Assembly (NCBI GenBank): GCA_018713745.1
Contig: DVOH01000038.1
Span: 31,938-95,937, forward strand
Direction of reading: 5' to 3'
Length of the DNA: 64,000 nucleotides
Source: Candidatus Stercoripulliclostridium merdipullorum
GTDB taxonomy: Bacteria > Bacillota > Clostridia > Christensenellales > DTU072
In this document: positions 55,363 through 64,000 of the stretch, piece by piece
How positions within the stretch are numbered: the first letter of the stretch is position 1
How the letters are laid out: each line of letters starts with the position of its first letter
Translations under genes and position numbers: made by a program
Notes under the pieces: generated by a model
What the model saw: the letters and a program-made list of their open reading frames with translations, nothing else
Databases searched by the model: none
What the model was told of the DNA's origin: nothing

Positions 55363-56328
55363 TCAAAACACGAGCGCGCTTAAGGCAAACGCAATTAAAA
55401 AAGTAATCACGGCATGGGATATTTTGGTGCAGAAAAAATATCCTGCCGTGATTTTGCATTTAGAAAGAAACGCGAGGGACTGGAAGGCGATGCTTGCGCC
55501 GCCGAAGGACACGAGAGCGGCGGCAAGCGGAACGGAAAGCAACAGATCGGGCGTCCCGGCAAGCAGGAGGGTGCCGCGGGTCACTTCGATCAGCCCGAGC
55601 AGAACGCCGCCGCAAAGCCCTTCGGAGATGCCGAGGGGGGCAAGCAGTCTGCCGACGGCGTCGACCGCCCCGATATGGACGAAAGCGGTTGCAATCATAT
55701 TGAACAGCGTTATGTATGCTCCGATCAACAGGATGGAGCGAACGCTCGAGGAAACCGCGTCGGCAAGCACGTCGTCGTAGGATCCTTCGGGGCGGGGGAG
55801 GGAGGTTTCGGGCGTTTTGGAAGATGGACGTCTTTTGAATACGATTCCGTTGAGGATCGTCGCCAGGTAGTGCGCGACCAGGATTACGACGCCCGTGCGG
55901 GTGTCGCCGAACATTCCGCTTCCCACCGTTCCCAGCACAAACAACGGACCCGAAGTCGAGGTGAATGCAACGAGAGACTTTGCTTCCTCCTCGGTGCAAA
56001 GACCGAGCTGTACGGAATCGGATACCAATTTTGCGCCGACAGGATACCCGCACATCACACTCATGGCAAAAATATAACCTCCGATCTCGGGCGCGCCGAA
56101 GAGATAGCGGACGGGTTTGCGGACGAGGCGGGATAGAGATGCGGCAACGTCGAGCGAGGTTAAAAGACGCGAAAAAAAGAAGAACGGAAACATTGCCGGC
56201 AGAACGGACACGCAGAAAAGGCGCAGTCCGTCGCTGACTGCCTGCATATAGACCGCAGGGAATACGATCAGAAGAGCCATAAAAAACGCCACCGTCACGA
56301 CGGTGGCGATGCGTACCGTTTTCGACAC
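55363..56328 (-). CDS. ylbJ: YlbJ-like nucleoside-recognition-domain membrane protein
   Basis: Polytopic protein with the motifs LPAMFPFFFFS and CGYPVGAKL, typical of YlbJ/gate-domain proteins. Confidence 0.7.
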   Translation of the reverse strand: MSKTVRIATVVTVAFFMALLIVFPAVYMQAVSDGLRLFCVSVLPAMFPFFFFSRLLTSLDVAASLSRLVRKPVRYLFGAPEIGGYIFAMSVMCGYPVGAKLVSDSVQLGLCTEEEAKSLVAFTSTSGPLFVLGTVGSGMFGDTRTGVVILVAHYLATILNGIVFKRRPSSKTPETSLPRPEGSYDDVLADAVSSSVRSILLIGAYITLFNMIATAFVHIGAVDAVGRLLAPLGISEGLCGGVLLGLIEVTRGTLLLAGTPDLLLSVPLAAALVSFGGASIAFQSLAFLSKCKITAGYFFCTKISHAVITFLIAFALSALVF

Positions 56329-56363
56329 GATACATTATATGCGTTCGGTATCGTCAAAAGTCG

Positions 56364-57569
56364 TCAGTTTTCGGATGAAGCATCGACAAACAACATTTTT
56401 TTGTTGTAGCAGTTGGTTTTGTTGATGATGTTCAGCGTCCCTTGCGCGGTGAAGTCCAGTTTGATCAGCGGGCGCAAGGATTTGTCGACCTTCCCGACGT
56501 CGCTGTAGCGGGTCACGACGTTTTTGCAGGATGCGTGGAGATCGGACAAAAGTTGCTTGCGATCGGCGCGCATGGCAAGGACGGTCAGATAGGCGGGACA
56601 CGCCGCCGCTTCGCGGTAGAACTCCGCCGTGATATCGAACAAGGCATACAGGCAGATCCGTTTGAGGCGCGCCATCGTATATGCTTTGGTTTTGGCGGCT
56701 TCGAGCATCTGCTCGTAAGTGTGAGATCGGTCGGCGGCGATTTTGATGCGGTTGTGAATGCCGCCCGAAACGTCGTAGTAATGTTCGAGGTCGTAGCCCG
56801 ACATACTTTTCAGCTTAAACAATACCATATCGCCGAAGGAGTCGGCGGGGCGGATGGCTTTCAGACTTTCGTAGACGGGGGCGGGGATGCTTTTGCGGAT
56901 TCCGTCAAAGTCTTCGCGCTGAAGCGCCGCGCGGACGGCGGACGCAGAAGGATAGGGTGCGTCCAGGCTTTGGTCATGGAAATCCCCGATTCGTTTGACG
57001 GTATGAAACCCGATCGACAGTCCCGCTTTTTTGGCGGCGATCATATACGCGATCCCCAGCACGTTATTGGGCTGATCGAGCAGCCCTTTGAGCGCGGCGC
57101 GTTCGGGCGAGCGGTCGGCGTAAGCGTCAAACGCCGCGGCGCGCGCTTTGGGGAAGGATAATCCGTTGTCGAGGTTTTGGCGCAATAAGGTGCGGAACTC
57201 TTCGGGTTCGTCGGCAAGCAGGGCGGCGGCTTGTTCGAGTAAGGCAATATCGCCGCATTCGCTGCCGAAACTGATGTACGCGACGTCGGGGAAGGCGGCA
57301 ATCGTTTTGATCGCGCCGTAAGCAAAATTATCGGCGGGCGATATGGCATATACCGTCGGTAGCTCGACGACAATGTCGGCGCCCAGACGAACCGCCGCTT
57401 CGGCGCGGACATATTTGTCGAGAACGGCGGCTTCGCCGCGTTGCGTAAAACTTCCGCTCATCACGCACAGCACGATTTCGGCGCCCGTTTCGGCTCGGGC
57501 AAGTTCGAGGTGGCGGACGTGACCCAGTGTCATCGGGTTGTATTCGCAGATGATGGCGGTTGTTTTCAT
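56364..57569 (-). CDS. tmcAL: tRNA(Met) cytidine acetate ligase (TmcAL/YlbM, nucleotidyltransferase)
   Basis: The start MKTTAIICEYNPMTLGHVRHL (HxGH-type motif), then SGSFTQRGE. The upstream Met at 57665 adds a non-homologous extension. Confidence 0.85.
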   Translation of the reverse strand: MKTTAIICEYNPMTLGHVRHLELARAETGAEIVLCVMSGSFTQRGEAAVLDKYVRAEAAVRLGADIVVELPTVYAISPADNFAYGAIKTIAAFPDVAYISFGSECGDIALLEQAAALLADEPEEFRTLLRQNLDNGLSFPKARAAAFDAYADRSPERAALKGLLDQPNNVLGIAYMIAAKKAGLSIGFHTVKRIGDFHDQSLDAPYPSASAVRAALQREDFDGIRKSIPAPVYESLKAIRPADSFGDMVLFKLKSMSGYDLEHYYDVSGGIHNRIKIAADRSHTYEQMLEAAKTKAYTMARLKRICLYALFDITAEFYREAAACPAYLTVLAMRADRKQLLSDLHASCKNVVTRYSDVGKVDKSLRPLIKLDFTAQGTLNIINKTNCYNKKMLFVDASSEN

Positions 57570-57699
57570 AGATTTCTCTCCCAATTTCCGCAAACGCTTG
57601 CTTTCCGTGCGGTAAAGTTGTAAACTGATTCCGTAATTAAATACGTTATAACAATTATATCTCATTACACAAAAATTTCAAGAGATTTCGGAGGTTATT

Positions 57700-58689
57700 A
57701 TGTCAGTATTTATGGACGCCGTTCTGGCGGAGGCAAAAAAGCGCGGCAAGACCGTCGTTTTGCCCGAAGGGGAGGAGATCCGCATCATCGAGGCGACCCA
57801 AAAGATCGTTGCCGGGCAAATCGCCAAAGTCATTCTGTTGGGCGATCCCGCCGTTATCGAAGAGAAAGCGGGCGGCAAACTCGAAGGCGTCACGATCATC
57901 GATCCCAAAACGTCTTCCAAGACGGCAGATTATGCCAACCTTCTTTACGAACTCCGCAAAGAAAAAGGAATGACGCCCGAAAAGGCAAAGTCCCTTGCCC
58001 TCGATCCCCTTTATTTCGGGTGCCTGATGGTCAAGGCGGGCGACGCCGACGGAATGGTCGCGGGGTCGGTGCATGCAACGGGTGACGTTTTGCGTCCCGC
58101 ATTGCAAATTATCAAAACAAAACCCGGGATCAGTACCGTTTCGGCTTGTTTCGTGCTGGCAATGCCCGAAGGCAGTCCCTTCGGCGAAAACGGTGTCATG
58201 GTGTTCGGCGACTGCGCGGTTATGCCTTGCCCCACCTCCGAACAGCTGGTCGATATTGCCAACGCGAGTGTCGACAGCGCGCGCCGCATCGCAAGAATGA
58301 GCGATCCTAAGGTAGCAATGCTGTCGTTTTCGACGCGCGGCAGTGCCAAACACGAATTGGTCGACAAGGTCAAAAAAGCGGTCGATCTGATGAAAGAGCA
58401 GGGCGTCGATTACAAATTCGACGGCGAAATTCAGCTTGACGCCGCGCTGGTGCCCGAAGTCGCCGCGCTTAAAGCGCCCTGCAGCCCCATCGGCGGCAAC
58501 GCCAATATTTTGATTTTCCCCGATCTGCAGGCGGGCAATATCGGCTACAAACTCGTTCAGCGATTCGGCAATGCCGAAGCATACGGTCCGATCTGTCAGG
58601 GGCTTGCCGCTCCCGTCAACGATCTGTCCCGCGGTTGCTGCTGCAACGACGTCGTCGGCGTTGTTGCGATCACCGCTTTGCAGGCATAA
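57700..58689 (+). CDS. pta: Phosphate acetyltransferase
   Basis: 329 aa in Pta short form, with the motifs VVLPEGEE, GMVAGSVH and ILIFPDLQAGNIGYKL. Confidence 0.93.
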   Translation: MSVFMDAVLAEAKKRGKTVVLPEGEEIRIIEATQKIVAGQIAKVILLGDPAVIEEKAGGKLEGVTIIDPKTSSKTADYANLLYELRKEKGMTPEKAKSLALDPLYFGCLMVKAGDADGMVAGSVHATGDVLRPALQIIKTKPGISTVSACFVLAMPEGSPFGENGVMVFGDCAVMPCPTSEQLVDIANASVDSARRIARMSDPKVAMLSFSTRGSAKHELVDKVKKAVDLMKEQGVDYKFDGEIQLDAALVPEVAALKAPCSPIGGNANILIFPDLQAGNIGYKLVQRFGNAEAYGPICQGLAAPVNDLSRGCCCNDVVGVVAITALQA

Positions 58690-58700
58690 GGAGGCGATCG

Positions 58701-59894
58701 ATGAAAGTACTGGTCATCAATGCGGGAAGCTCCTCGCTGAAATATCAGCTGATCGATATGGACAACGAAAAGATGCTCGGCAAGGGCATCGTCGAGCGGA
58801 TCGGAAGTGCAGACAGCAACCTCGAACAAAAACGCGGGGACGACGTCATCGAAATCAAGCAACCCCTCAAAGATCATACCGAAGCGTTTCGGTTGGTGAT
58901 GCAGGCGTTGACCGATTCCGAGAAGGGGCTGATCGCCGACGTAGCCGAGATCGGCGCCATCGGACACCGCGTTCTGCATAGCGGGGAAGATTTTGACCGT
59001 AGCGTCGTGATCGACGACGAAGTGCTTGCAATCTGCAAGCGCAACGCCGTTTTGGGACCCCTCCACATGCCTGCGAATATCGCTTGTATCGAAAGCTGCC
59101 GTCAACTGATGCCCGACACGCCGATGGTTGCGGTATTCGACACGGTATTCCACGCGACCATGCCCGATTATGCCTATATGTATGCCATCAAGTACGAAGA
59201 TTATCAGGCGTACAAAGCGCGTAAATACGGCTTCCACGGTACTTCGCACAAATACGTTACGGGCGAAGCCGTCCGTTATCTCGGCAAAAAAGACAGCAAA
59301 ATCATCACTTGTCATCTCGGCAACGGCAGTTCGATCGCCGCGGTCAAAGACGGTAAGTGCATCGATACGACCATGGGTCTGACCCCCCTCGAAGGATTGG
59401 TCATGGGGACGCGGAGCGGAGACGTCGACGCCGCTTTGGTCGGTTATCTTGCCGAACACAAAAATATGTCGGCAGCAGACGTCGTGACCTATCTGAACAA
59501 AGAAAGCGGTTTCAAAGGAATTGCCGGCGTATCGGACTTCCGCGATCTGACCAAGCGTTGCAAAGAAGGTGACGATCGCGCCCGCCTTGCCGTCGATATG
59601 TTTGCCTATCGCATCCGCAAATATATCGGCAGCTATGTCGCAGCGCTCGGCGGACTGGACTGCATCGTTCTGACGGGCGGAATCGGCGAAAACGCTTCGT
59701 TTGCCCGCGAAAAAATAATGCAAGGACTCGAAGTGTTCGGCGTTGCGTTCGATTTCGACAAAAATGAGACTGCGCCCCGCGGCGAATTTGTCGAATTGCA
59801 TAAGCCCGAAAGCAAAGTCAAGGTCGTCGTCATCCCCACCAACGAAGAACTGGTCATCGCACGGGACGCCGTCGAACTGGTCGGAAGAAGATAA
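58701..59894 (+). CDS. ackA: Acetate kinase
   Basis: MKVLVINAGSSSLKYQL start, with the motifs HRVLHSG and GFHGTSH. Confidence 0.96.
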   Translation: MKVLVINAGSSSLKYQLIDMDNEKMLGKGIVERIGSADSNLEQKRGDDVIEIKQPLKDHTEAFRLVMQALTDSEKGLIADVAEIGAIGHRVLHSGEDFDRSVVIDDEVLAICKRNAVLGPLHMPANIACIESCRQLMPDTPMVAVFDTVFHATMPDYAYMYAIKYEDYQAYKARKYGFHGTSHKYVTGEAVRYLGKKDSKIITCHLGNGSSIAAVKDGKCIDTTMGLTPLEGLVMGTRSGDVDAALVGYLAEHKNMSAADVVTYLNKESGFKGIAGVSDFRDLTKRCKEGDDRARLAVDMFAYRIRKYIGSYVAALGGLDCIVLTGGIGENASFAREKIMQGLEVFGVAFDFDKNETAPRGEFVELHKPESKVKVVVIPTNEELVIARDAVELVGRR

Positions 59895-59926
59895 TCGGAT
59901 ATTTTTCCGAAATCGCTTCAAAAAAA

Positions 59927-59955
59927 TTGACACGCCGTCAATTATCCATTATAAT
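59927..59955 (+). promoter_or_regulatory. Consensus sigma-A promoter for rpmF-plsX-rnc
   Basis: TTGACA (59927-59932), a 17 nt spacer, then TATAAT (59950-59955). Confidence 0.65.
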
Positions 59956-59986
59956 AAATTAGCTATTCTAACGTAGGAGGTGCAAA

Positions 59987-60178
59987 ATGGCGGTTCCGAA
60001 GAGCAAAGTGTCCAAACAGAGAGGAAACACCAGATTCGCGCAATGGAAGCTGACCGCTCCCAATCTGGTCGAGTGCTCCCAATGTCACGAACTGATTCAA
60101 AGCCACGTCGTATGCCCGAATTGCGGATATTACGACGGCAAACAGGTTGTCGTAAAAAAAGAAAAGAAAGAGGACTAA
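59987..60178 (+). CDS. rpmF: 50S ribosomal protein L32
   Basis: MAVPKSKVSKQRGNTRFAQWKL plus a CxxC...CxxC zinc ribbon. Confidence 0.93.
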   Translation: MAVPKSKVSKQRGNTRFAQWKLTAPNLVECSQCHELIQSHVVCPNCGYYDGKQVVVKKEKKED

Positions 60179-60197
60179 TTCCGATTTCCGAATGCTA

Positions 60198-60221
60198 AGG
60201 GAGGCTGGGGTCTCCCTTTTT
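60198..60221 (+). terminator. Weak terminator or attenuator after rpmF
   Basis: GGGAG-gctggggt-CTCCC followed by TTTTTT. Confidence 0.5.
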
Positions 60222-60235
60222 TCTTAAAGGCAGGA

Positions 60236-61252
60236 ATGATGATGAAAATTGCAATCGACGCATTCGGCGGCGATCACGCCCCGACCGAAATTATCAAAGG
60301 GGTTGTCGATGCGGTCAACGCCGAACCCGGATTTACCGCCGTCTTATTCGGGGCGGAGGAGACTGTCCGTGCCGAACTGTCCCGATACGCTTATCCCGCC
60401 GATCGGATCGAGGTGGTTGACGCGCCCGAAGTGATCGGCAACGACGAGTCGCCCACCGAAGGCGTGCGGAAAAAGAAAAACAGTTCGATCGTCAAAGCGT
60501 TTCACGCACTGAATACCGACGACGCATACGGTGCGTTTGTATCGGCAGGAAGTACGGGCGCGGTGCTGACGGGGGCGGTCCTGTTGCTGAAGCGCATCCG
60601 CGGGATCAACCGACCCGCATTGGCTCCCGTATTGCCCACGGTCAACGGGGGGCAGGTCGTACTGGTCGACTGCGGCGCAAACGCCGATTGTAAGCCCCTC
60701 AATCTCGTACAGTTTGCCCGGATGGGAAAAGCCTATGCCAATACTTTGGGTATCTCCGATCCCAAAATCGGGCTTCTTTCCAACGGAACCGAGGACAAAA
60801 AGGGGAACGAACTCAACAAAGAAACGTTCCCGTTGCTGAAAGAGGACGCATCTCTCAATTTTGTCGGCAACATCGAAGGCCGCGATATTCTCGGCGGCGC
60901 GGTAGACGTCGTCGTTACGGACGGGTTCAGCGGCAACGTCGCGCTGAAGTCCTGCGAGGGGACGGCTTTGACCATGTTCGAGGTCATCAAGCAGAACATT
61001 CTCGGCGGCGGCTTGCGCGCCAAAATCGGGTATCTTTTGCTGAAACCCGCTTTCAGGCGTGTAAAAAACGTGATGGATTACAATAATAAAGGCGGGGCGG
61101 TCTTGCTGGGACTTCAGAAAATCGTCGTCAAATCGCACGGAAGTTCCAAGGCGAAGTCGATTACCGCATCGGTTTTGCAAGCATACAATCTGTGCCGCGC
61201 GGGGATTGTCGATGCCATTGCGGGCGCAATGGTTACGGCGTCCGAAGAATAG
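60236..61252 (+). CDS. plsX: Phosphate acyltransferase PlsX
   Basis: KIAIDAFGGDHAP start and the motifs VSAGSTGA and VDCGAN. Three consecutive ATGs make the exact start ambiguous by up to 6 nt. Confidence 0.95.
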   Translation: MMMKIAIDAFGGDHAPTEIIKGVVDAVNAEPGFTAVLFGAEETVRAELSRYAYPADRIEVVDAPEVIGNDESPTEGVRKKKNSSIVKAFHALNTDDAYGAFVSAGSTGAVLTGAVLLLKRIRGINRPALAPVLPTVNGGQVVLVDCGANADCKPLNLVQFARMGKAYANTLGISDPKIGLLSNGTEDKKGNELNKETFPLLKEDASLNFVGNIEGRDILGGAVDVVVTDGFSGNVALKSCEGTALTMFEVIKQNILGGGLRAKIGYLLLKPAFRRVKNVMDYNNKGGAVLLGLQKIVVKSHGSSKAKSITASVLQAYNLCRAGIVDAIAGAMVTASEE

Positions 61253-61261
61253 GAGAATACG

Positions 61262-61945
61262 GTGGATCAGTTCGACGTCGTTGATATCAGAAACAGAATC
61301 GGTTATACGTTCAAGGACGGTTCTTTGTTGCTGTGCGCGTTCACGCACAGTTCGTTTGCCAACGAACACGGCGTCAAGAGCAACGAGCGACTGGAGTTTC
61401 TCGGCGACAGTATCGTCAATATGGTCGTCGCCGAAGCACTGTTCCTGCGCTATCCCGATCGGGACGAAGGGTTTTTGAGCAAAGCGCGGGCGCAGATCGT
61501 ATCCACGCGGTCGCTTGCCCGTACCGTCGAGCGGATCGGAATTTCGCGCTATCTCCGATGCGGCGGCGGAAATGCCGGCGCTTCCATCCGCAACAACGCC
61601 GCCGTCAAAGCCGACTTGTTCGAGTCCGTTGTCGGCGCGATGATGATCGACGCGGGCGATATCGCCGTCTGCAAATCGTTTATCACGGATAAGCTGAAAG
61701 ACGCCCTGCAGTACGATTATACCGGGGACAACGTGACCGATTTCAAGTCAAAGCTGATCGAGCATTGTGCGCAGAAGGGACGCAGTGTACGGTTTGTTAC
61801 CGTTCCGACACCCGACGCACCGTCGCCCGATTTTACCTCCGAAGTCGTTGTCGACGACCGAGTCCTGGGCAAGGGACGCGCCGCAAGCAAAAAGAAAGCC
61901 GAGCAAGCCGCTGCAAAATGCGCCGCGGAATCCCTGAAATTATAG
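61262..61945 (+). CDS. rnc: Ribonuclease III
   Basis: RNase III signature ERLEFLGDS and a C-terminal dsRBD (KKAEQAAA). It has a GTG start. Confidence 0.93.
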   Translation: MDQFDVVDIRNRIGYTFKDGSLLLCAFTHSSFANEHGVKSNERLEFLGDSIVNMVVAEALFLRYPDRDEGFLSKARAQIVSTRSLARTVERIGISRYLRCGGGNAGASIRNNAAVKADLFESVVGAMMIDAGDIAVCKSFITDKLKDALQYDYTGDNVTDFKSKLIEHCAQKGRSVRFVTVPTPDAPSPDFTSEVVVDDRVLGKGRAASKKKAEQAAAKCAAESLKL

Positions 61946-61974
61946 TTGCAAAATTTTAATAACCGTTGTATAAT
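61946..61974 (+). promoter_or_regulatory. Promoter for tRNA-Gly (extended -10)
   Basis: TTGCAA (61946-61951), a 17 nt spacer, then TGTATAAT (-10 hexamer at 61969-61974), 18 nt upstream of the tRNA 5' end. Confidence 0.6.
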
Positions 61975-61992
61975 GAATTTACAAGAGAAGAT

Positions 61993-62067
61993 GCGGAAAT
62001 AGTTCAACGGTAGAGCCCCGCCTTCCCAAGGCGGTTGTTGCGAGTTCGAATCTCGTTTTCCGCTCCA
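61993..62067 (+). tRNA. tRNA-Gly (anticodon CCC), with encoded CCA
   Basis: It folds by hand: acceptor GCGGAAA/TTTCCGC, D arm GTTC...GAGC, anticodon stem CCGCC/GGCGG with loop TTCCCAA, T arm GCGAG-TTCGAAT-CTCGT, discriminator T plus CCA. Confidence 0.9.
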
Positions 62068-62072
62068 ATCCG

Positions 62073-62096
62073 AAGCCGACGTTTGTCGGCTTTTTT
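62073..62096 (+). terminator. Rho-independent terminator after tRNA-Gly
   Basis: AAGCCGAC-gttt-GTCGGCTT followed by TTTT. Confidence 0.8.
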
Positions 62097-62112
62097 GTTC
62101 GGAAGTTCGGGA

Positions 62113-62141
62113 TTGCCGTCTCGGGCGCGGTGTGGTACAAT
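62113..62141 (+). promoter_or_regulatory. Candidate promoter for the SDR gene
   Basis: TTGCCG (62113-62118), a 17 nt spacer, then TGgTACAAT (-10 hexamer at 62136-62141). Confidence 0.4.
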
Positions 62142-62190
62142 CGGAGTAGAACGATTTGGCGGTTTTGTTAGGACTGCAAAGGGAGGCGTT

Positions 62191-62973
62191 ATGAAAGTTG
62201 CCGTTGTGACGGGGGCGACCGGCGGGATCGGAGAGCGGATCGCCGCGGGGTTGGTCAAGAAGGGATACGTCGTTTACAGCCTTGCGCGTTCAAGGAAGAA
62301 CGCGGAGGGCGTCAGATATCGTTTAGTCGATTTGTCCGATTTCGAAGCGGCAGGGGAAGCCGTTCGGCAGATTGCGGAGGAAGCGGGGCGGATCGATCTG
62401 TTGGTCAACAATGCGGGGATCGGGATCGGCGGCGCGGTTGAAACGCACACGGACGAAGAAATCGCGCGTCTGATGACCGTCAATTTTACGGCGGCGGTTG
62501 CGTTGACCAATCGGGTGATTCCGTATCTCAGACAAACGAAGGGCAGGATCGTCAACATCGGAAGCGTCGCGGGCGAACTGCCCATTCCGTTTCAGACGAT
62601 GTATTCGGCGAGCAAAAGCGCGATTCATGCTTATTCCGCCGCGTTGGCAGGGGAACTGCACCCCTTCGGAATCAAAGTCAGTTGCGTGATTCCGGGCGAT
62701 ACCCGCACGCCGTTTACGGCAAATCGTCAAATGGCAAAGCACGACGATCTTTATGCCGACCGCGCCGAGCGGTCGATCCGCAGGATGGAGCGGGACGAGC
62801 AAAACGGGACTTCGCCCGATCGCGTGGCGGAAGTCGTCGTGCGTTGCGCAACGCAAAAGCGTCCGCCCCTTCGCGTTGCGGTGGGCGCAAAATACAAGCT
62901 GTTTCTGATCATCGGCAAGCTGCTGCCGTTTGGGATCGTCGGCGCGATTCTCAACAAACTGTATGCCGAGTAA
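62191..62973 (+). CDS. Short-chain dehydrogenase/reductase family oxidoreductase
   Basis: The start MKVAVVTGATGGIGERI (TGxxxGxG) follows a GGGAGG RBS. The NNAG and YSASK catalytic motifs are present. The track ORF from 62035 runs through the tRNA. Confidence 0.85.
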   Translation: MKVAVVTGATGGIGERIAAGLVKKGYVVYSLARSRKNAEGVRYRLVDLSDFEAAGEAVRQIAEEAGRIDLLVNNAGIGIGGAVETHTDEEIARLMTVNFTAAVALTNRVIPYLRQTKGRIVNIGSVAGELPIPFQTMYSASKSAIHAYSAALAGELHPFGIKVSCVIPGDTRTPFTANRQMAKHDDLYADRAERSIRRMERDEQNGTSPDRVAEVVVRCATQKRPPLRVAVGAKYKLFLIIGKLLPFGIVGAILNKLYAE

Positions 62974-62987
62974 GCGGAGGAGAGGAC

Positions 62988-64000
62988 TATGAAAAAACGT
63001 CGGGTAAAAATCATCGGAGGGATAACGCTTTCGATTTTGCTTGCGGTAGCGGTGCTTTTGTCGGGGTGTGCGGATGATACGCCGCCGACGGATCCCGGCG
63101 ATGAGTCGGGCGCACCGTCAAGCGATTACGTCTACGATCCGAGAGTCAATCGGGGCAAACTGATCCGTCGTCCCGACGGATATCTGTCGGTCGGGGGAGA
63201 GGGGACGCCCCTGATGTTGCGAGGGGTCAATCTCGGCGGATGGCTGATTCAGGAAAACTGGATGTGTCCCATTGAGGGCGCCGACAACGAATGGGCAAAC
63301 CTCAATACCGTCGAGGTATTGGAAGAGCGCGGTTTTTCCGCAGGGGAGATCGAAGCGCTGTTCGGGATTTACCGCGACAACTGGCTGACCGAAGCCGATC
63401 TCGATCGGATTGCGGCGGCGGGGTGCAATGTCGTTCGGGTGCCGTTTTGGTATCGGAATTTTATGAAGAACGAGCAAGGGGATTGGATTGACGACAATCT
63501 CGACGCGATTGACGGATTCCGGAGGCTGGACTGGGTGATCGCCGAAGCGAAAGAGCGCGGAATGTACGTGATTTTGGATATGCACGGCGTCCCCGGGGGA
63601 CAAAGCTTCAATCACAGTTGCGGAACGCTCGGCAGCAACAAAATTTACAGTGACCCGACTTGTCGGCAAGCGATGAAAAAGCTGTGGGTTACGATTGCCG
63701 AGCGCTACAAAAACGAAAGCGCGGTCGCGGCATACGACATCATGAACGAGCCGCACAACAACGACGAAGCTTATCGGGAGGATCCTGCCTGGCGCGATAT
63801 CTGGTCGCCGCAAAGTTGGGAGGAGTACAACGCGGTATACGACGAGATGATCGAGGCGATTCGCGCCGTCGATCCCGTACACGTCATTACGGTGGAAGGA
63901 ATCTGGCGGATAGGAAACCTGCCCGATCCCGAAAAAGCGGGGTGGAGCAATATGATGTATCAAGTGCATCTTTACGACGATACCACGACGTTCCGCGGGT
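62988..64000 (+). CDS. Glycoside hydrolase family 5 lipoprotein; the 3' end lies outside the window
   Basis: This ORF is not in the track because it has no stop in the window. Hand translation gives MKKRRVKIIGGITLSILLAVAVLLSGCADD (lipobox), then the GH5 motifs RGVNLGGWL, NVVRVPFWY, ILDMHGVPGGQS and DIMNEP (acid/base Glu). The 63118-63969 minus-strand ORF is its shadow. Confidence 0.85.

Noticed and set aside
55414-56136. A 240 aa + strand ORF and other ORFs overlapping ylbJ.
   Set aside because: The minus-strand product is a coherent YlbJ-like polytopic membrane protein. The + strand translation is Gly/Arg/Glu-rich low complexity.
62035-62190. The extension of the SDR ORF back through the tRNA-Gly gene and its terminator.
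   Set aside because: It would translate a tRNA and a terminator. ATG 62191 with a GGGAGG RBS gives the canonical TGxxxGxG N-terminus.
63118-63969. A 283 aa minus-strand ORF listed in the track at the 3' end of the window.
   Set aside because: The + strand frame is open to the window end and is therefore missing from the track. It encodes a lipobox and GH5 catalytic motifs, so the minus ORF is its shadow.

Overview
This is a 64 kb chromosomal window from a Bacillota (Clostridia-like) bacterium; that assignment is an inference from gene order and protein families. Gene density is very high and almost every gene is on the + strand; only three convincing genes are on the - strand. Most of the window is core housekeeping. 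It contains ylxM-ffh-rpsP-KH-rimM-trmD-rbgA-rnhB-yraN and rplS. A very long gap-free run carries comM-dprA-topA-trmFO-hslVU-hisS-aspS-rseC-like-glyA-nifS-nifU. After it come the F-type ATP synthase operon, aconitase, paaK-iorAB-paaK-ACT, a folate cyclo-ligase, an rsmD-coaD fusion, ylbJ, tmcAL, pta-ackA, rpmF-plsX-rnc, tRNA-Gly(CCC), an SDR and a GH5 lipoprotein. The accessory content is in three places: a surface-protein/membrane-protein operon at the 5' end (1-5890), a lipobox plus polytopic membrane protein (11894-14155), and the main finding. The main finding is a compact phage-derived cluster of about 10.7 kb (28615-39282) between nifSU and atpB. It encodes a sigma-region-4-like regulator, TerS candidates, TerL, portal, scaffold, major capsid, three post-capsid proteins and a BhlA-like holin. 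It has no integrase, replication, lysogeny, long-tail, tail-fibre or endolysin genes, and its codon signature matches the host genes. I interpret it as a candidate domesticated (GTA-like) or satellite-type capsid-forming element. Secondary oddities are a remodelled ATP synthase stator (the delta C-terminal domain fused to alpha, and a duplicated b C-terminus) and an RsmD-CoaD fusion. No CRISPR array, rRNA, transposase or integrase was seen. All calls come from reading the translations and the sequence by eye; no database search was run.
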